Source of the DNA: Deltaproteobacteria bacterium
Lineage (GTDB): Bacteria > Desulfobacterota > Binatia > UBA12015
Direction: 5' to 3'
Length of the DNA stretch: 64,000 nucleotides
NCBI GenBank assembly: GCA_046583355.1
Contig: JAYGCM010000010.1
Location: forward strand, 1 to 64,000
A model generated the notes under the pieces. The model was not told the origin of the DNA. It made no database searches and was given only the letters and a program-made list of their open reading frames with translations. Shown in pieces: positions 21,408 through 31,003 of the stretch; the first letter of the stretch is position 1; the number at the start of each line of letters is the position of its first letter. The position numbers and the translations under genes were made by a program.

Positions 21408-22613
21408 CTATCCGACAAGGGAATTGATTTCGAAAATGGGCAGGAGCACGGCCAGCACGATGAAGAGCACCAGGCCGCCCATCACTACGATCATGGCAGG
21501 CTCCAATATACTGGTGAGTGTGGCCAGGGCACCCTCGACTTCTTGCTCGTAGGCATCGGCCACGCGAATGAGCATGGGCTCGAGCTCGCCCGAGCGCTCG
21601 CCGACCGCGATCATGCGCACCAGGAGAGGCGGGAAGAGGCCGGTATCGCGTAGCAATTCACTCAGATTGCCGCCCTCACGTACGCCGATGCGGGCCAACT
21701 CAACCGCCGCGCCCAGGGCCGTATTGCCGGAGGTATTGCTCGCCAATTCCAGTGCTTCGAGCAGCGGGATGCCGCCTGAGAGCAGGGTCGCCAGCGTCCG
21801 CGAGAAGCGGCCGACCGCGATGCGTGTGAAAAGCGGGCCGAGTACGGGCAAGGTCAGGAGTTTATGGTCGAGCCAGAGGCGCCCGCCGGGTCGCCGCAGG
21901 GCTGTCATGGCCGCGATGATAGCCGAGGCGAGCAGCGCGACGACCAGCCACCACCATTCGGCGAGCGAATTGGATATGGCGAGCAGGAAGCGTGTCGGCA
22001 GCGGCAGCGACTCGTGCTGGTTGGCGAAAATCTTCGTGACTTTGGGCACCACGAAGCTCAGCAGGAAGAAGACGATCCCGCCGGCGACTGTGAACATCAG
22101 CACGGGGTAGGCCAGCGCATTGCGCACCCGCGCTTGCAATTGCACCTGTGACTCGGAGTAGAGCGCGAGGCGCTCCAATACGAGGTCGAGTGCGCCCGCG
22201 GCCTCGCCGGCGCGGACCATGCCGACAAAAAGTGGCGGGAAGGAGGCCGGATGCTCGGCCATGGCGTCGCCCAGGGCGCTGCCCTGGGTCACGGCGTCGC
22301 GAATATGGGAGAGGATGCGCTCGACCCCGGGGCGGTCGGTTTGCTCGCCAACGGCCTCGAGGCATTCGACCACCGGGATGCGCGCGGCCATCAGCGTGGC
22401 GAGTTGGCGCGAGACCAGGGCCAATTCGGTTGGCGTGATACGCGCCTCGCCGCTGCGCGCGCGCTTGGCTTCGGTCTCGCCTTCTTCGACCTCGGTCGGA
22501 AAAACGCCCTGCAGGCGCAGCTTCGTCCGGGCGCCTTTGGCCGAATCCGCCTCGACGATTCCGTTCACCTTATGGCCGGAGTCGTTCAGGCCCTGATACG
22601 CGAAAACGGGCAT
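21408..22613 (-). CDS. gspF: T2SS inner-membrane platform protein GspF
   Basis: MPVFAY, RQLATL, AGEAAG, ALAYP, VGERSGEL, LEP. Confidence 0.96.
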   Translation of the reverse strand: MPVFAYQGLNDSGHKVNGIVEADSAKGARTKLRLQGVFPTEVEEGETEAKRARSGEARITPTELALVSRQLATLMAARIPVVECLEAVGEQTDRPGVERILSHIRDAVTQGSALGDAMAEHPASFPPLFVGMVRAGEAAGALDLVLERLALYSESQVQLQARVRNALAYPVLMFTVAGGIVFFLLSFVVPKVTKIFANQHESLPLPTRFLLAISNSLAEWWWLVVALLASAIIAAMTALRRPGGRLWLDHKLLTLPVLGPLFTRIAVGRFSRTLATLLSGGIPLLEALELASNTSGNTALGAAVELARIGVREGGNLSELLRDTGLFPPLLVRMIAVGERSGELEPMLIRVADAYEQEVEGALATLTSILEPAMIVVMGGLVLFIVLAVLLPIFEINSLVG

Positions 22614-22671
22614 CGAGAGATTACGCTACCTGTTCCTTGTCTCGCGGTCGATTTCCATGGAATAGAAAAGC

Positions 22672-23133
22672 ATGTCCGCTGAAAATCCTTCATTCGTATG
22701 GTCGCTTCTGCTGGTTCTTCCGGCGCTGGCTCTTTTCTCCTGTGCCGGAACGCAGCCGGTCGGCCTCGGTGTGCACGACGGGCGGCTGCGCCCCTGTCCC
22801 GCCAGTCCGAATTGCGTCTGCAGCGAGGATGGGGATCAAGGCCACGCGATCGCCCCGCTGCATTTCACCGGCGACCCGCAGGCGGCTTTTGCCCGCGCCA
22901 AGGCGGCCGCTCTCACCTTGCCGGGGACGAAGCTGGCGGGCGAGACGAAGGACTTCCTGCACTTCGAGTCGACCTCGGCCCTGATGGGCTTCGTGGATGA
23001 CCTCGAATTGCAGTTGGTCCCTGGAAAGGACGAAATTGCTGTGCGCTCGGCCTCGCGGCTGGGCTACGGCGATATGGGAGTGAACCGCAAACGGGTCGAG
23101 GCATTGCGCGCCGCCTTTGCGGCCGCCGCATGA
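22672..23133 (+). CDS. DUF1499-family lipoprotein
   Basis: Lipobox LFSC, LRPCPASPNCVCS, GFVDDLE, RSASRLGYGDMGVNRKR. Confidence 0.88.
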   Translation: MSAENPSFVWSLLLVLPALALFSCAGTQPVGLGVHDGRLRPCPASPNCVCSEDGDQGHAIAPLHFTGDPQAAFARAKAAALTLPGTKLAGETKDFLHFESTSALMGFVDDLELQLVPGKDEIAVRSASRLGYGDMGVNRKRVEALRAAFAAAA

Positions 23134-23183
23134 GGGGATCGATCCGGGTCGCATCCCGCCCGCGAATCCAGCAAGATGGTTGG

Positions 23184-24113
23184 ATGCTGACCGCCAGATT
23201 CCTCCGTGCATTGTCCCTCTCTTCGCTGCTCTTCTTCGCCGCCTGCGGGGGCAGCGATGCGCCTGTACCAAGCGGGGAGATTTCCTGGATCGAGATCGAG
23301 GCCAACGGCTTTGTCTTCGACGCTCGCGCGGCCGGCCCCGAAGACGGCGAGCCGGTCATCCTTTTGCACGGCTTTCCCGAGACCTCGGCCGAATGGAAAC
23401 ACCAGCTCAGCGCCCTCGGCCTTGCCGGCTACCGCGCCATCGCACCCGACCAGCGCGGCTACTCGGCTGGGGCCAGACCGGCGGAAGAGAGCGCGTACTT
23501 CATGCCCAACCTTGGGAGCGACGTCACGGCAATCGCGGACGCGCTCGGCTTCGAGCGTTTCCATCTGGTCGGCCACGATTGGGGAGCAGCGGTTGCGTGG
23601 TTCGTTGGCGTGGCCAGCCCGGAGCGGCTTCTTTCGCTTAACCCGATCTCCGTGCCGCATCTCGATGCGTTCTCGAAAACGCGCAATGATCCGGAGTCCT
23701 GCCAGTATTCGGCTTCGGGCTATATCGATTTCTTCATCCAACCGAACTCACACGAGGTGATGCTGGCCGATGACGCGCGCTTCCTGCGGGGCATCTGGGA
23801 CGTCTCGGCGGCCGCGAATGTGGATGAGTATCTCGAGGTCTTCCAGGAACCCGGCGCGCTCAAAGCGGCTCTCGATTGGTACCGCGCCAATAGTCTGAGC
23901 GGTCCTTCGCCAGAGATCGGCCCGGTGACGGTACGCACGATGTACATCTGGAGCACCGGCGATACCGCGCTCTGCGAGGACGGCGCCTACCTGACGGGCG
24001 ATTACGTGGACGCACCCTATCGCTTCGAGATCCTCGAAGGCGTGAACCATTGGGTGCCCGAGGCCGCTGCGGAGCAGGTCTCCGCCTTGCTGCTCTCGCA
24101 CCTCGCTGAATAA
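23184..24113 (+). CDS. Alpha/beta hydrolase, epoxide hydrolase-like, with lipoprotein signal
   Basis: HGFP, PDQRGY, GHDWG nucleophile, WYRA, GVNHW. FAAC lipobox after ATG 23184 (alternative start 23130). Confidence 0.88.
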   Translation: MLTARFLRALSLSSLLFFAACGGSDAPVPSGEISWIEIEANGFVFDARAAGPEDGEPVILLHGFPETSAEWKHQLSALGLAGYRAIAPDQRGYSAGARPAEESAYFMPNLGSDVTAIADALGFERFHLVGHDWGAAVAWFVGVASPERLLSLNPISVPHLDAFSKTRNDPESCQYSASGYIDFFIQPNSHEVMLADDARFLRGIWDVSAAANVDEYLEVFQEPGALKAALDWYRANSLSGPSPEIGPVTVRTMYIWSTGDTALCEDGAYLTGDYVDAPYRFEILEGVNHWVPEAAAEQVSALLLSHLAE

Positions 24114-24142
24114 CTCGGCGGTCCTGGCGCTGCCTGGCCGGC

Positions 24143-24163
24143 CGCGCCCGGACTCCGGGCGCG
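24143..24163. terminator. Inverted repeat between convergent genes; possible terminator
   Basis: CGCGCCCGGA-C-TCCGGGCGCG, a perfect 10-bp inverted repeat with no U-tract. Confidence 0.45.
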
Positions 24164-24169
24164 CGACCC

Positions 24170-24427
24170 TCAGTCGGCGCTTTGTTGCTGATTTTCGAGT
24201 GGCTTCCAATGGAAGAGGCCGTAGATCATGGTCTGGACGAAATGGCCGCCCATCGAGCCGCCGGCCTTTTCCATCACGCTGCGTTTCACAAAGAATTCGA
24301 TGAAATGCGCGGTGAATGTGAGGCCGAGTACCCAGCGCGCCGCTGTCACCATCCAGCCGTCGGCGAAAAGCATCGCGAGGGCGGAGACCAGATAGAGAAC
24401 CCAGACACTGTTTTTAGCGTTGCTCAT
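24170..24427 (-). CDS. Small membrane protein, DUF1145-like
   Basis: 85 aa, hydrophobic, with AHFIEF and YGLFHWKP patterns. Confidence 0.65.
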   Translation of the reverse strand: MSNAKNSVWVLYLVSALAMLFADGWMVTAARWVLGLTFTAHFIEFFVKRSVMEKAGGSMGGHFVQTMIYGLFHWKPLENQQQSAD

Positions 24428-24469
24428 GGGTCGACTCTAGCGGCTCTACGAGCCGATCCGCAACGCGCT

Positions 24470-25522
24470 CTATACGAGGGCGCGACCGGCGACCAGCGGC
24501 AGGTCGAGATACGAACGCAAGCCGGCCTCGGCGCGGCAGACATAGGGAATCGCGCTGACGCAATGGTTGGCGGTCGCGACCATGCCGGGGTTGCGTCGCT
24601 GCAATTCTTCCAGCGCGATCCCGGCGCTCGGGTGGATGCCGTGGATCTGGACACGCAGGGGCGGGTCGCCGAGGATCTCCAGCTCGTAGCGTTCCCCGTC
24701 GCCGTCGGCCGCCCAGCCGCCGCCGATATTCGCGGTCCCCATATACCAATTGACGATCGCCTGGATGACCGGCTTGTCGTCGACCACACCTTCCCAGCAG
24801 AGGCGCTGGGCGGCCAATTGGCCTTCCTGAATGGTGCCGATGGGGCTCTCGATCGGCCCGGTGGCGGGGAAGATCGCCACCTGGGCGCGCTTCTCGTCGA
24901 GCTTCCAGCCCAGCTCGTCGGCGATCATATCGATGGATTGGTAGAAACCCTCGGCCATGATGCTGAGCAGGGGGCTCTCGCGCGCCTCGTCGACCGGCTT
25001 GCCGAAATTCATCCAATCGCGCAGAACGTCGACCGCTCCATAGGTGCGGCAATCGGAGAACTCCTCAGCGCGTATGCCCGTGATCTTCTGCGAGAAAGAA
25101 GAAAGCATCAAGGGAATGCGTTCGGTCATGCCGCCGGGGTGGATGCCCGTGCCGTGCAGAGTGGTACCGCCCTTGGCGCAGGCCGCGCGCAATCCCTTCG
25201 CCTCGATATGCTTGGGGTAGTACCAATTCAGCGGCGTGACGACGTTGATGCCCGCGGCGAGGAGTCGCTCGATCTCGGCCACGTTGGCGAAGAGGGGGGA
25301 GTAGAGAACGCAATCGGGTTGCAGCCCGATCACATCCTCAAGCGAGGTGGTGGCCCGCACCCCGATCGGCGCGATTCCCGCCAGCTCACCGGCGTCCTTG
25401 CCGGCCTTGGCATCGGAGTGGACCCAGACACCGACCAGTTCCAGATCGGGATGCGCCACAATTCCTTCGATGGCAGCACGACCCAGATTCCCGGTAGCCC
25501 ATTGTACGACACGGTAGTTCAT
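24470..25522 (-). CDS. NAD(P)-dependent dehydrogenase of the DapB-like / diaminopentanoate dehydrogenase superfamily
   Basis: YRVVQWATGNLG Rossmann start, GKDAGELAG, GINVV, LHGTGIHPG, AIPYVCRAEAG. Confidence 0.85.
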   Translation of the reverse strand: MNYRVVQWATGNLGRAAIEGIVAHPDLELVGVWVHSDAKAGKDAGELAGIAPIGVRATTSLEDVIGLQPDCVLYSPLFANVAEIERLLAAGINVVTPLNWYYPKHIEAKGLRAACAKGGTTLHGTGIHPGGMTERIPLMLSSFSQKITGIRAEEFSDCRTYGAVDVLRDWMNFGKPVDEARESPLLSIMAEGFYQSIDMIADELGWKLDEKRAQVAIFPATGPIESPIGTIQEGQLAAQRLCWEGVVDDKPVIQAIVNWYMGTANIGGGWAADGDGERYELEILGDPPLRVQIHGIHPSAGIALEELQRRNPGMVATANHCVSAIPYVCRAEAGLRSYLDLPLVAGRALV

Positions 25523-25586
25523 GGCGGCTCGTTTATCAGGAGTTCGGGCTCGGCGAAACGACTGGAGTCTTGAAAATCCTTGGGAG

Positions 25587-27092
25587 TCAGGCCGGGTGGA
25601 CGGCCTCGAAGAGGCCGGTGGCGGATCGGCCATCGTCGAAGAGAAATCGTGCAGGGCCGAACTCGCATCGCCAGGCGCGGCCGGCTTCATGGCGCAGCAG
25701 AGCCGCCGTCTGCACGCGCTCGTGGCGCAGCACGCGGCCGTCGCACAGGCTCTGGCGGCTACCGGCCGAAAGATCGCCCGCGATTTGCTCGGTCGTGCCA
25801 TCTTCATGGGCGAGCAGGAAGCGCAGCCCGGGTGCGAGGCCTGTGGGGCGTCCGGCGAGAGGCTGTGGCAGCGCGCGCGCATCGAGGGCGAAGCTCTGGT
25901 TCCCGGTGCCGGCGCCCGAGACTACGAGTTCGCCGCGGACCCGTCCGCCGCTTTCTTCCAGCTCGGCGCGGATCTGAACAATTTCGGCCCGCTGCTGCAC
26001 GGCCTCGAAGCGGAAATAGCCGATAGGGTCGTCGGTGAGCTGCACCGGGCTGGCCAGGGAGAGGGCGAGGCCGGTTGCGTGCTGGCGGAAGGAAAAGCCG
26101 TGTACGGCAAGCCGACCACGCGGGCGGCCGTGGCCGGTGAAGATGCCGACGCGCCCATCGGGAAGAAAGAAGAGGAAGCGGCAGCCGATGCTGCCGTCGG
26201 GCAGGCATGCCATGCCGGCCAGGATCAGGAGGTTCGCTGCCCGGTCGGTGCATTGCAGGGCGGCCCGCCTGAGTTCGGGCAACGCGTCGGGCGCCGGCGC
26301 GGGTATCGGGTCGGCGGCCGCCCGCGCGGTAGAGAGAGCGCTTTGCAGCGATGCGATGAAATTGCGCCGCGGCGTCCCCGGCCAGCGCAGCGGCACGGAG
26401 AGTTCGAGCTGTACGGCATCGATCCGGCCCGTCGCGGCCGCGCGCCGTAGCGGGGCGAGGGCTTCGGGCACGGGCGCACCGCCGTGTGCGCGGAAGGCCT
26501 GCAGCAGGTTGTTGCGATGCGCTCCGGGCCAGCGCTCGCCGAAGGTTGACTCGATGCCGCGTCCGCCCAGTTGGCCGCGGAGTTCCTCCAGAGGCCCGGC
26601 GATGAAATCGGGCGTACAGGTCAGCCGCTCCGGATCGGCGTATGCCGCAGCGGCGTGAGGTAGAGTAGCGCCGACACCGAAATCGGCCTTGTCTTGTTGG
26701 ATATGCCAACCGTGCAGGATCAGTACACGGCACCGCGCATGCTCTGCGAGGATGGCGCCGAGTGCGTCGGCAATCGCCGCGGCAAAAAAAGGCGCATGCG
26801 TCGCGATCTGCTCGATCCGGTTCAGGTCGATCCGGTTGCGGTCGAGGCCGGTGTTGATCACGAAGGAAGCATCGAGGGCGCGCGCGATCTCAGCAGCCAA
26901 TTCGGCCGTATGGAGGTCGTTTCCCTTGCGCGGCCAGGACGCAGGCAAGAGGAGGTCGTCGTGCGAGAGTCCGCCGTGCGGTGCGAGCACCAGCACGTCA
27001 CTCTTGCCGCCCCCCCGGTGCAGCCATTCCGGCAGCTCACTCTCCACGCCATGGGCGTCGGCCCGCCAATTCATGCGTGCAAATCCGGACAA
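25587..27092 (-). CDS. Hypothetical protein: N-formylglutamate amidohydrolase-like N-terminal domain plus unknown beta-rich C-terminal domain
   Basis: APHGG, NDLHT-EL, RNRIDLNR, LHGW, AVQLEL. Begins 36 bp after gspE on the same strand. Confidence 0.65.
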   Translation of the reverse strand: MSGFARMNWRADAHGVESELPEWLHRGGGKSDVLVLAPHGGLSHDDLLLPASWPRKGNDLHTAELAAEIARALDASFVINTGLDRNRIDLNRIEQIATHAPFFAAAIADALGAILAEHARCRVLILHGWHIQQDKADFGVGATLPHAAAAYADPERLTCTPDFIAGPLEELRGQLGGRGIESTFGERWPGAHRNNLLQAFRAHGGAPVPEALAPLRRAAATGRIDAVQLELSVPLRWPGTPRRNFIASLQSALSTARAAADPIPAPAPDALPELRRAALQCTDRAANLLILAGMACLPDGSIGCRFLFFLPDGRVGIFTGHGRPRGRLAVHGFSFRQHATGLALSLASPVQLTDDPIGYFRFEAVQQRAEIVQIRAELEESGGRVRGELVVSGAGTGNQSFALDARALPQPLAGRPTGLAPGLRFLLAHEDGTTEQIAGDLSAGSRQSLCDGRVLRHERVQTAALLRHEAGRAWRCEFGPARFLFDDGRSATGLFEAVHPA

Positions 27093-27128
27093 AAGATCAT
27101 GTGTAGCGGTGCGCAGCGCAAGGGGCGC

Positions 27129-28718
27129 CTATTCTTCCTGGGTGACCCGCAGGACCTCTTCGACCGAGGTGATGCCGGCCTTGATCTTGCGGGCGCCGTC
27201 CTCGCGCAGCAGGGCCACGCCGCGTGAGGTCGCCAACCGGCGCAGGGCGCTGGCGTCGGCGCGCTCCATGATCAGTTGGCGCATCTCGTCATCGAGGACC
27301 AGTAGTTCATGAATGCCGGTACGTCCCTGGTAGCCGGTTTCCTTGCAACTCGCGCAGCCGGGGCCGGCGCGGAAAACAGGGCATTCGGCGTCGAGGCGGA
27401 GCTCGGCACGGGCCTTGGCATCGACCTGGCCGGGGACGCGGCAATCGGTACAGAGGCGCCGCACGAGGCGCTGTGCCATCACGCCGACCACCGAAGAGGA
27501 GACCAGGAAGGGCTCGATGCCCATATCGACCAGACGTGTGATGGCGCCGAAGGAGTCGTTGGTATGCAGGGTGGAGAAGACCAGGTGGCCCGTCAGCGCC
27601 GATTGGATGGCGATCTCGGCCGTCTCGCTATCGCGGATCTCGCCGACCATCACGACATCGGGGTCCTGGCGCAGGATCGAGCGCAGCCCGGCCGCGAAGG
27701 TGAGGTTGATTTTAGGGTTGACCTGGATCTGGCCGACGCCCTGCATCTGGTATTCGATCGGATCTTCGATCGTGATGATATTTCGTTCCGTCGCGTTGAG
27801 GCGGGTCAGGGCGGCATAAAGCGTCGTGGTCTTGCCGCTGCCGGTTGGCCCGGTGATCAGGACGATGCCGTGGCTGGCGTGGATCAAGTTCTCGATGCCG
27901 GTGAGGGTTTCGCCGCCGAGTCCCAATTCCTCGAGCGAGAGCAGGCCGCCGGCGCGGTCGAGTAAGCGCAGGACTACGCGCTCGCCGAATTGTGTGGGGA
28001 CGGTTGAGACACGGACATCGACGTCGCGCCCTGCGGCGCGGAAGCGGAAGCGGCCGTCCTGCGGCAGGCGCTTCTCGGCGATATCGAGTCCGGCCAGGAT
28101 CTTGATGCGCGCGACCGTGGTCGGATGGTAGCGCCGCGGTGGCTTGAGAATATCGTAGAGAACGCCATCGATGCGGAAACGGATGGCGAGTTCGCGCTCG
28201 AAGGGTTCGATATGAATATCGGAGGCACGGTCCTTGAGCGCCTGGAAAAGGAGCGAGTTGACCAGGCGGATGATCGGCGCCTCGTCGTCGGCATCGAGTA
28301 GGTCGCGGGGCTCTTCGAGGTCCTGGGCTACATCGTCAAGGGTTTCGGTCTGGATATCGTCCATGACGGCCTCGGCGCTGCCCTGAACCTGGTCATAAGC
28401 GGCATTGATTGCCTCGAGGATGGCGCCAGCCGGCACCACGATCGGGTGGACTTCCCGGCCGAAGAGAGCGCGTAGGTCGGCCGCGAGTTCGAGGGCGCGC
28501 GGGTCGCCGAGCGCGACATCCAGACCGCCGTCGGCGGTTTCCGCCAGCGGCAGGCAGGCCGAGCGTCGCGCCCAGGCGATCGGCACGCGTGCGACCAACG
28601 CCGGGTCGATATCGTCCTTGGTCAGGCTCGCCCGAAAGGGCAATCCGCAATCCTGTGCGAGTCGCTCCGCTTCGGCTGCATCGGGCAGGCCCGGCGCAAG
28701 TCCGGATTCCAGGATCAT
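27129..28718 (-). CDS. gspE: T2SS ATPase GspE
   Basis: ASDIHIEP, RLPQDGR, GPTGSGKTTT, LRQDPD, GHLVFSTLHTN and CxxC...CxxC. Confidence 0.97.
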   Translation of the reverse strand: MILESGLAPGLPDAAEAERLAQDCGLPFRASLTKDDIDPALVARVPIAWARRSACLPLAETADGGLDVALGDPRALELAADLRALFGREVHPIVVPAGAILEAINAAYDQVQGSAEAVMDDIQTETLDDVAQDLEEPRDLLDADDEAPIIRLVNSLLFQALKDRASDIHIEPFERELAIRFRIDGVLYDILKPPRRYHPTTVARIKILAGLDIAEKRLPQDGRFRFRAAGRDVDVRVSTVPTQFGERVVLRLLDRAGGLLSLEELGLGGETLTGIENLIHASHGIVLITGPTGSGKTTTLYAALTRLNATERNIITIEDPIEYQMQGVGQIQVNPKINLTFAAGLRSILRQDPDVVMVGEIRDSETAEIAIQSALTGHLVFSTLHTNDSFGAITRLVDMGIEPFLVSSSVVGVMAQRLVRRLCTDCRVPGQVDAKARAELRLDAECPVFRAGPGCASCKETGYQGRTGIHELLVLDDEMRQLIMERADASALRRLATSRGVALLREDGARKIKAGITSVEEVLRVTQEE

Positions 28719-31003
28719 ATGCCCGCCGGCGGGTCGGCGATGGCCTCGGCTTCGGCGGTGCCGGGCACGGCGCGCAAGAGGATGCCGCCGGCCACAGCCG
28801 GTTCGCGGCGCGGCCGCTGTCCGGGCAGCAGGCGGCTCGAGGTGCCACGGAACTGACCGCCTTCCTTCATCGATCTATGGAAGCGATGACGCTGCTCGTC
28901 GCTGACCTCCATCATGTCTTCGGCGTTGTTGATGATATGCGGCGTGAGCAAAATGATGAGATTGACTTTTTCCATGCGCTTCGACTCGTAGCGGAAGAGC
29001 CAGCCGAGCACGGGGATATCCATCAGCCAGGGGATGCCGGATTCGGTGGAGATGAGCCGGTCGGAGATCAGTCCGCCGATCGCGATGGTCTTGCCGTGGT
29101 CGACCACGACGGTCGTGGTGGCCGAGCGCACGGTCGTGGTGGGGCCGAGTTGCAGCACCTGCGTTTCGCTCGTCTCAACAAGCGCCGAGACTTCCTGGAA
29201 GACGAAGAGGCGAACCGAGTTTCCCTCGGTGATCTGCGGCGTGATGCGCAGCGTGATGCCGACATCATGCCGGTCGATCTGCGAGAAAGTGTTCGAGAGA
29301 TTGGTCTCGTTGGTCGAGCGGCTGGTCACGAAGGGAACATTCTGACCGACGATGATCTCGGCCTCTTCGTTGTCGGTGGTCAGGATATTCGGCGCCGAGA
29401 GAACATTGATATCGCTATTGCCTTCCAATGCCGTCACCAGGGCCACGCCGGCCGGGATCTCGGTGCCGTCGGCCAGTTCGATCATCTGCTGGCTGACCAA
29501 TGCGCCGAGCGCGCCGCTGATCGCGCCGAGCCCGCTCACATCGCCGGTGGCGATGGCCTGACTGAAGGCGCCGAGATTCTTGAAATTCGTGCGCCCGATC
29601 GCCACGGCATTGTCGCCAAAGGTGTTCGCGCCACCTTGTAGCTCGACGCCCATCTCTTTTACCCGGTTGAGGGTGACCTCGAAGAGCACGACTTCGACCA
29701 GAACCTGCTTGCGCGGGATATCGAGCTCCTCGATGACCGCGGCGAGCGCTTCGTAATCGCGCGGCAGGGCGCTTACCACCAGCGCATTGGTGGCCGAGTC
29801 GGCCGTGATACGGATATCGCCCTCGAATTCGAAGCCGCCCTGACTCGTTCCGGCGCTTGCCGAAGTGCTCGGGCCGCCACCGCGGCCGGCCGAGGAGCGG
29901 GATTGGCCGGTCCGGCTGCCGGCGCGCTGGCCGCCGAACATATTGTTACCGAAACCATTCTGGTTGCTGCCTCGGCTATTGCCGAAACCGCTGTTGCTCC
30001 GGGTGCCCGAGCGGGCCGAGGGACGGCCGCGTATCGGGGTGGAGGTGGAGACGCCGATCAGGTCGGCGAGGACTTGCACTAATTCGACCGAGTCGGCGTG
30101 TTTGAGAAAATAGACATGAATGCGACCGGCTCCGCGTGGCAGCTTGATATCGATCTTGCGAAGTAGCGCCTTGACGTGGCGGATCTCATAGGGACTGCCG
30201 ATCACGAGAAGGGAATTGGAGCGGAGTTCGGGAATGATTTTCAACTCGGCAGTGCCGACACTTTTGGTCGTGGCCCGGTTCTTGACGGTGGTGGTTCTTT
30301 TCTTCGTCGCATTGCCGCTTTCGGGTTCGACGGCTTCGAGGAGAATCCTGGCGGCGTCGGGCGCGAATGCATGTTTGAGAGTGAGAACTTCGATGGTCCT
30401 TTCCTGGCCGGCTATGTCGAGACTGGCGAGGATTTGCGTGAGCCGTAAAAGGTTTGCCTGGGTGTCGACGATGACCAGCGAATTGGTCGGGCCGTAGGCG
30501 CTGATCAAGCCCTCCTTGGCGACCAAGGGGGCCAATAATGTGGCCGCCGCATCGGCCTCGAGGTGTTTCAAGGGAAGAATCTGGGTGACGAAGCGGTCGG
30601 TGCCGGGCAGGCCGATGGCGGCCAGCGGCAGTCCGGCCTGACGTGCGTTCTTGATCTGGATGATCTTCGTCACGGGCCCCGCCTGGACCGTGGTGAAGCC
30701 TTTCACCTGCAGAGCCGATTGGAACATCTGGTAGGCTTCGGCGACCGTGATTTTTGCCGGCGAGATCAGCGAGAGGCGGCCTTTGATTTTCTCATCCAGG
30801 ACGAAATTTCGGCCGGTGATCTCGCTGATGAATTTCACCAGAGTCGGGATCTCGACGTTCTGGAAGTCCATGCGGACCAGATCGTCGGGGCCGAGCGGTG
30901 CCGGCGCTTCCTCCTCGGCCTCCGCAGCGGCGACCGTCTGCGGGAGCATCAGGGCCGGAAAGAGAAGGGACGCGAAGATAATGAGGGAAAGGAATCGTTT
31001 CAT
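28715..31003 (-). CDS. gspD: T2SS secretin GspD
   Basis: Signal peptide, N0-N3 domains, QVLVEV, VGQNVPF, DVGITLRITPQI, GIPWLMDIPVLGWLF. Confidence 0.96.
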   Translation of the reverse strand: MKRFLSLIIFASLLFPALMLPQTVAAAEAEEEAPAPLGPDDLVRMDFQNVEIPTLVKFISEITGRNFVLDEKIKGRLSLISPAKITVAEAYQMFQSALQVKGFTTVQAGPVTKIIQIKNARQAGLPLAAIGLPGTDRFVTQILPLKHLEADAAATLLAPLVAKEGLISAYGPTNSLVIVDTQANLLRLTQILASLDIAGQERTIEVLTLKHAFAPDAARILLEAVEPESGNATKKRTTTVKNRATTKSVGTAELKIIPELRSNSLLVIGSPYEIRHVKALLRKIDIKLPRGAGRIHVYFLKHADSVELVQVLADLIGVSTSTPIRGRPSARSGTRSNSGFGNSRGSNQNGFGNNMFGGQRAGSRTGQSRSSAGRGGGPSTSASAGTSQGGFEFEGDIRITADSATNALVVSALPRDYEALAAVIEELDIPRKQVLVEVVLFEVTLNRVKEMGVELQGGANTFGDNAVAIGRTNFKNLGAFSQAIATGDVSGLGAISGALGALVSQQMIELADGTEIPAGVALVTALEGNSDINVLSAPNILTTDNEEAEIIVGQNVPFVTSRSTNETNLSNTFSQIDRHDVGITLRITPQITEGNSVRLFVFQEVSALVETSETQVLQLGPTTTVRSATTTVVVDHGKTIAIGGLISDRLISTESGIPWLMDIPVLGWLFRYESKRMEKVNLIILLTPHIINNAEDMMEVSDEQRHRFHRSMKEGGQFRGTSSRLLPGQRPRREPAVAGGILLRAVPGTAEAEAIADPPAGI

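Noticed and set aside
24182..26450. Plus-strand ORFs 24182-25573 and 25521-26450
   Set aside because: The minus-strand ORFs carry the family motifs; these read as antisense translations.
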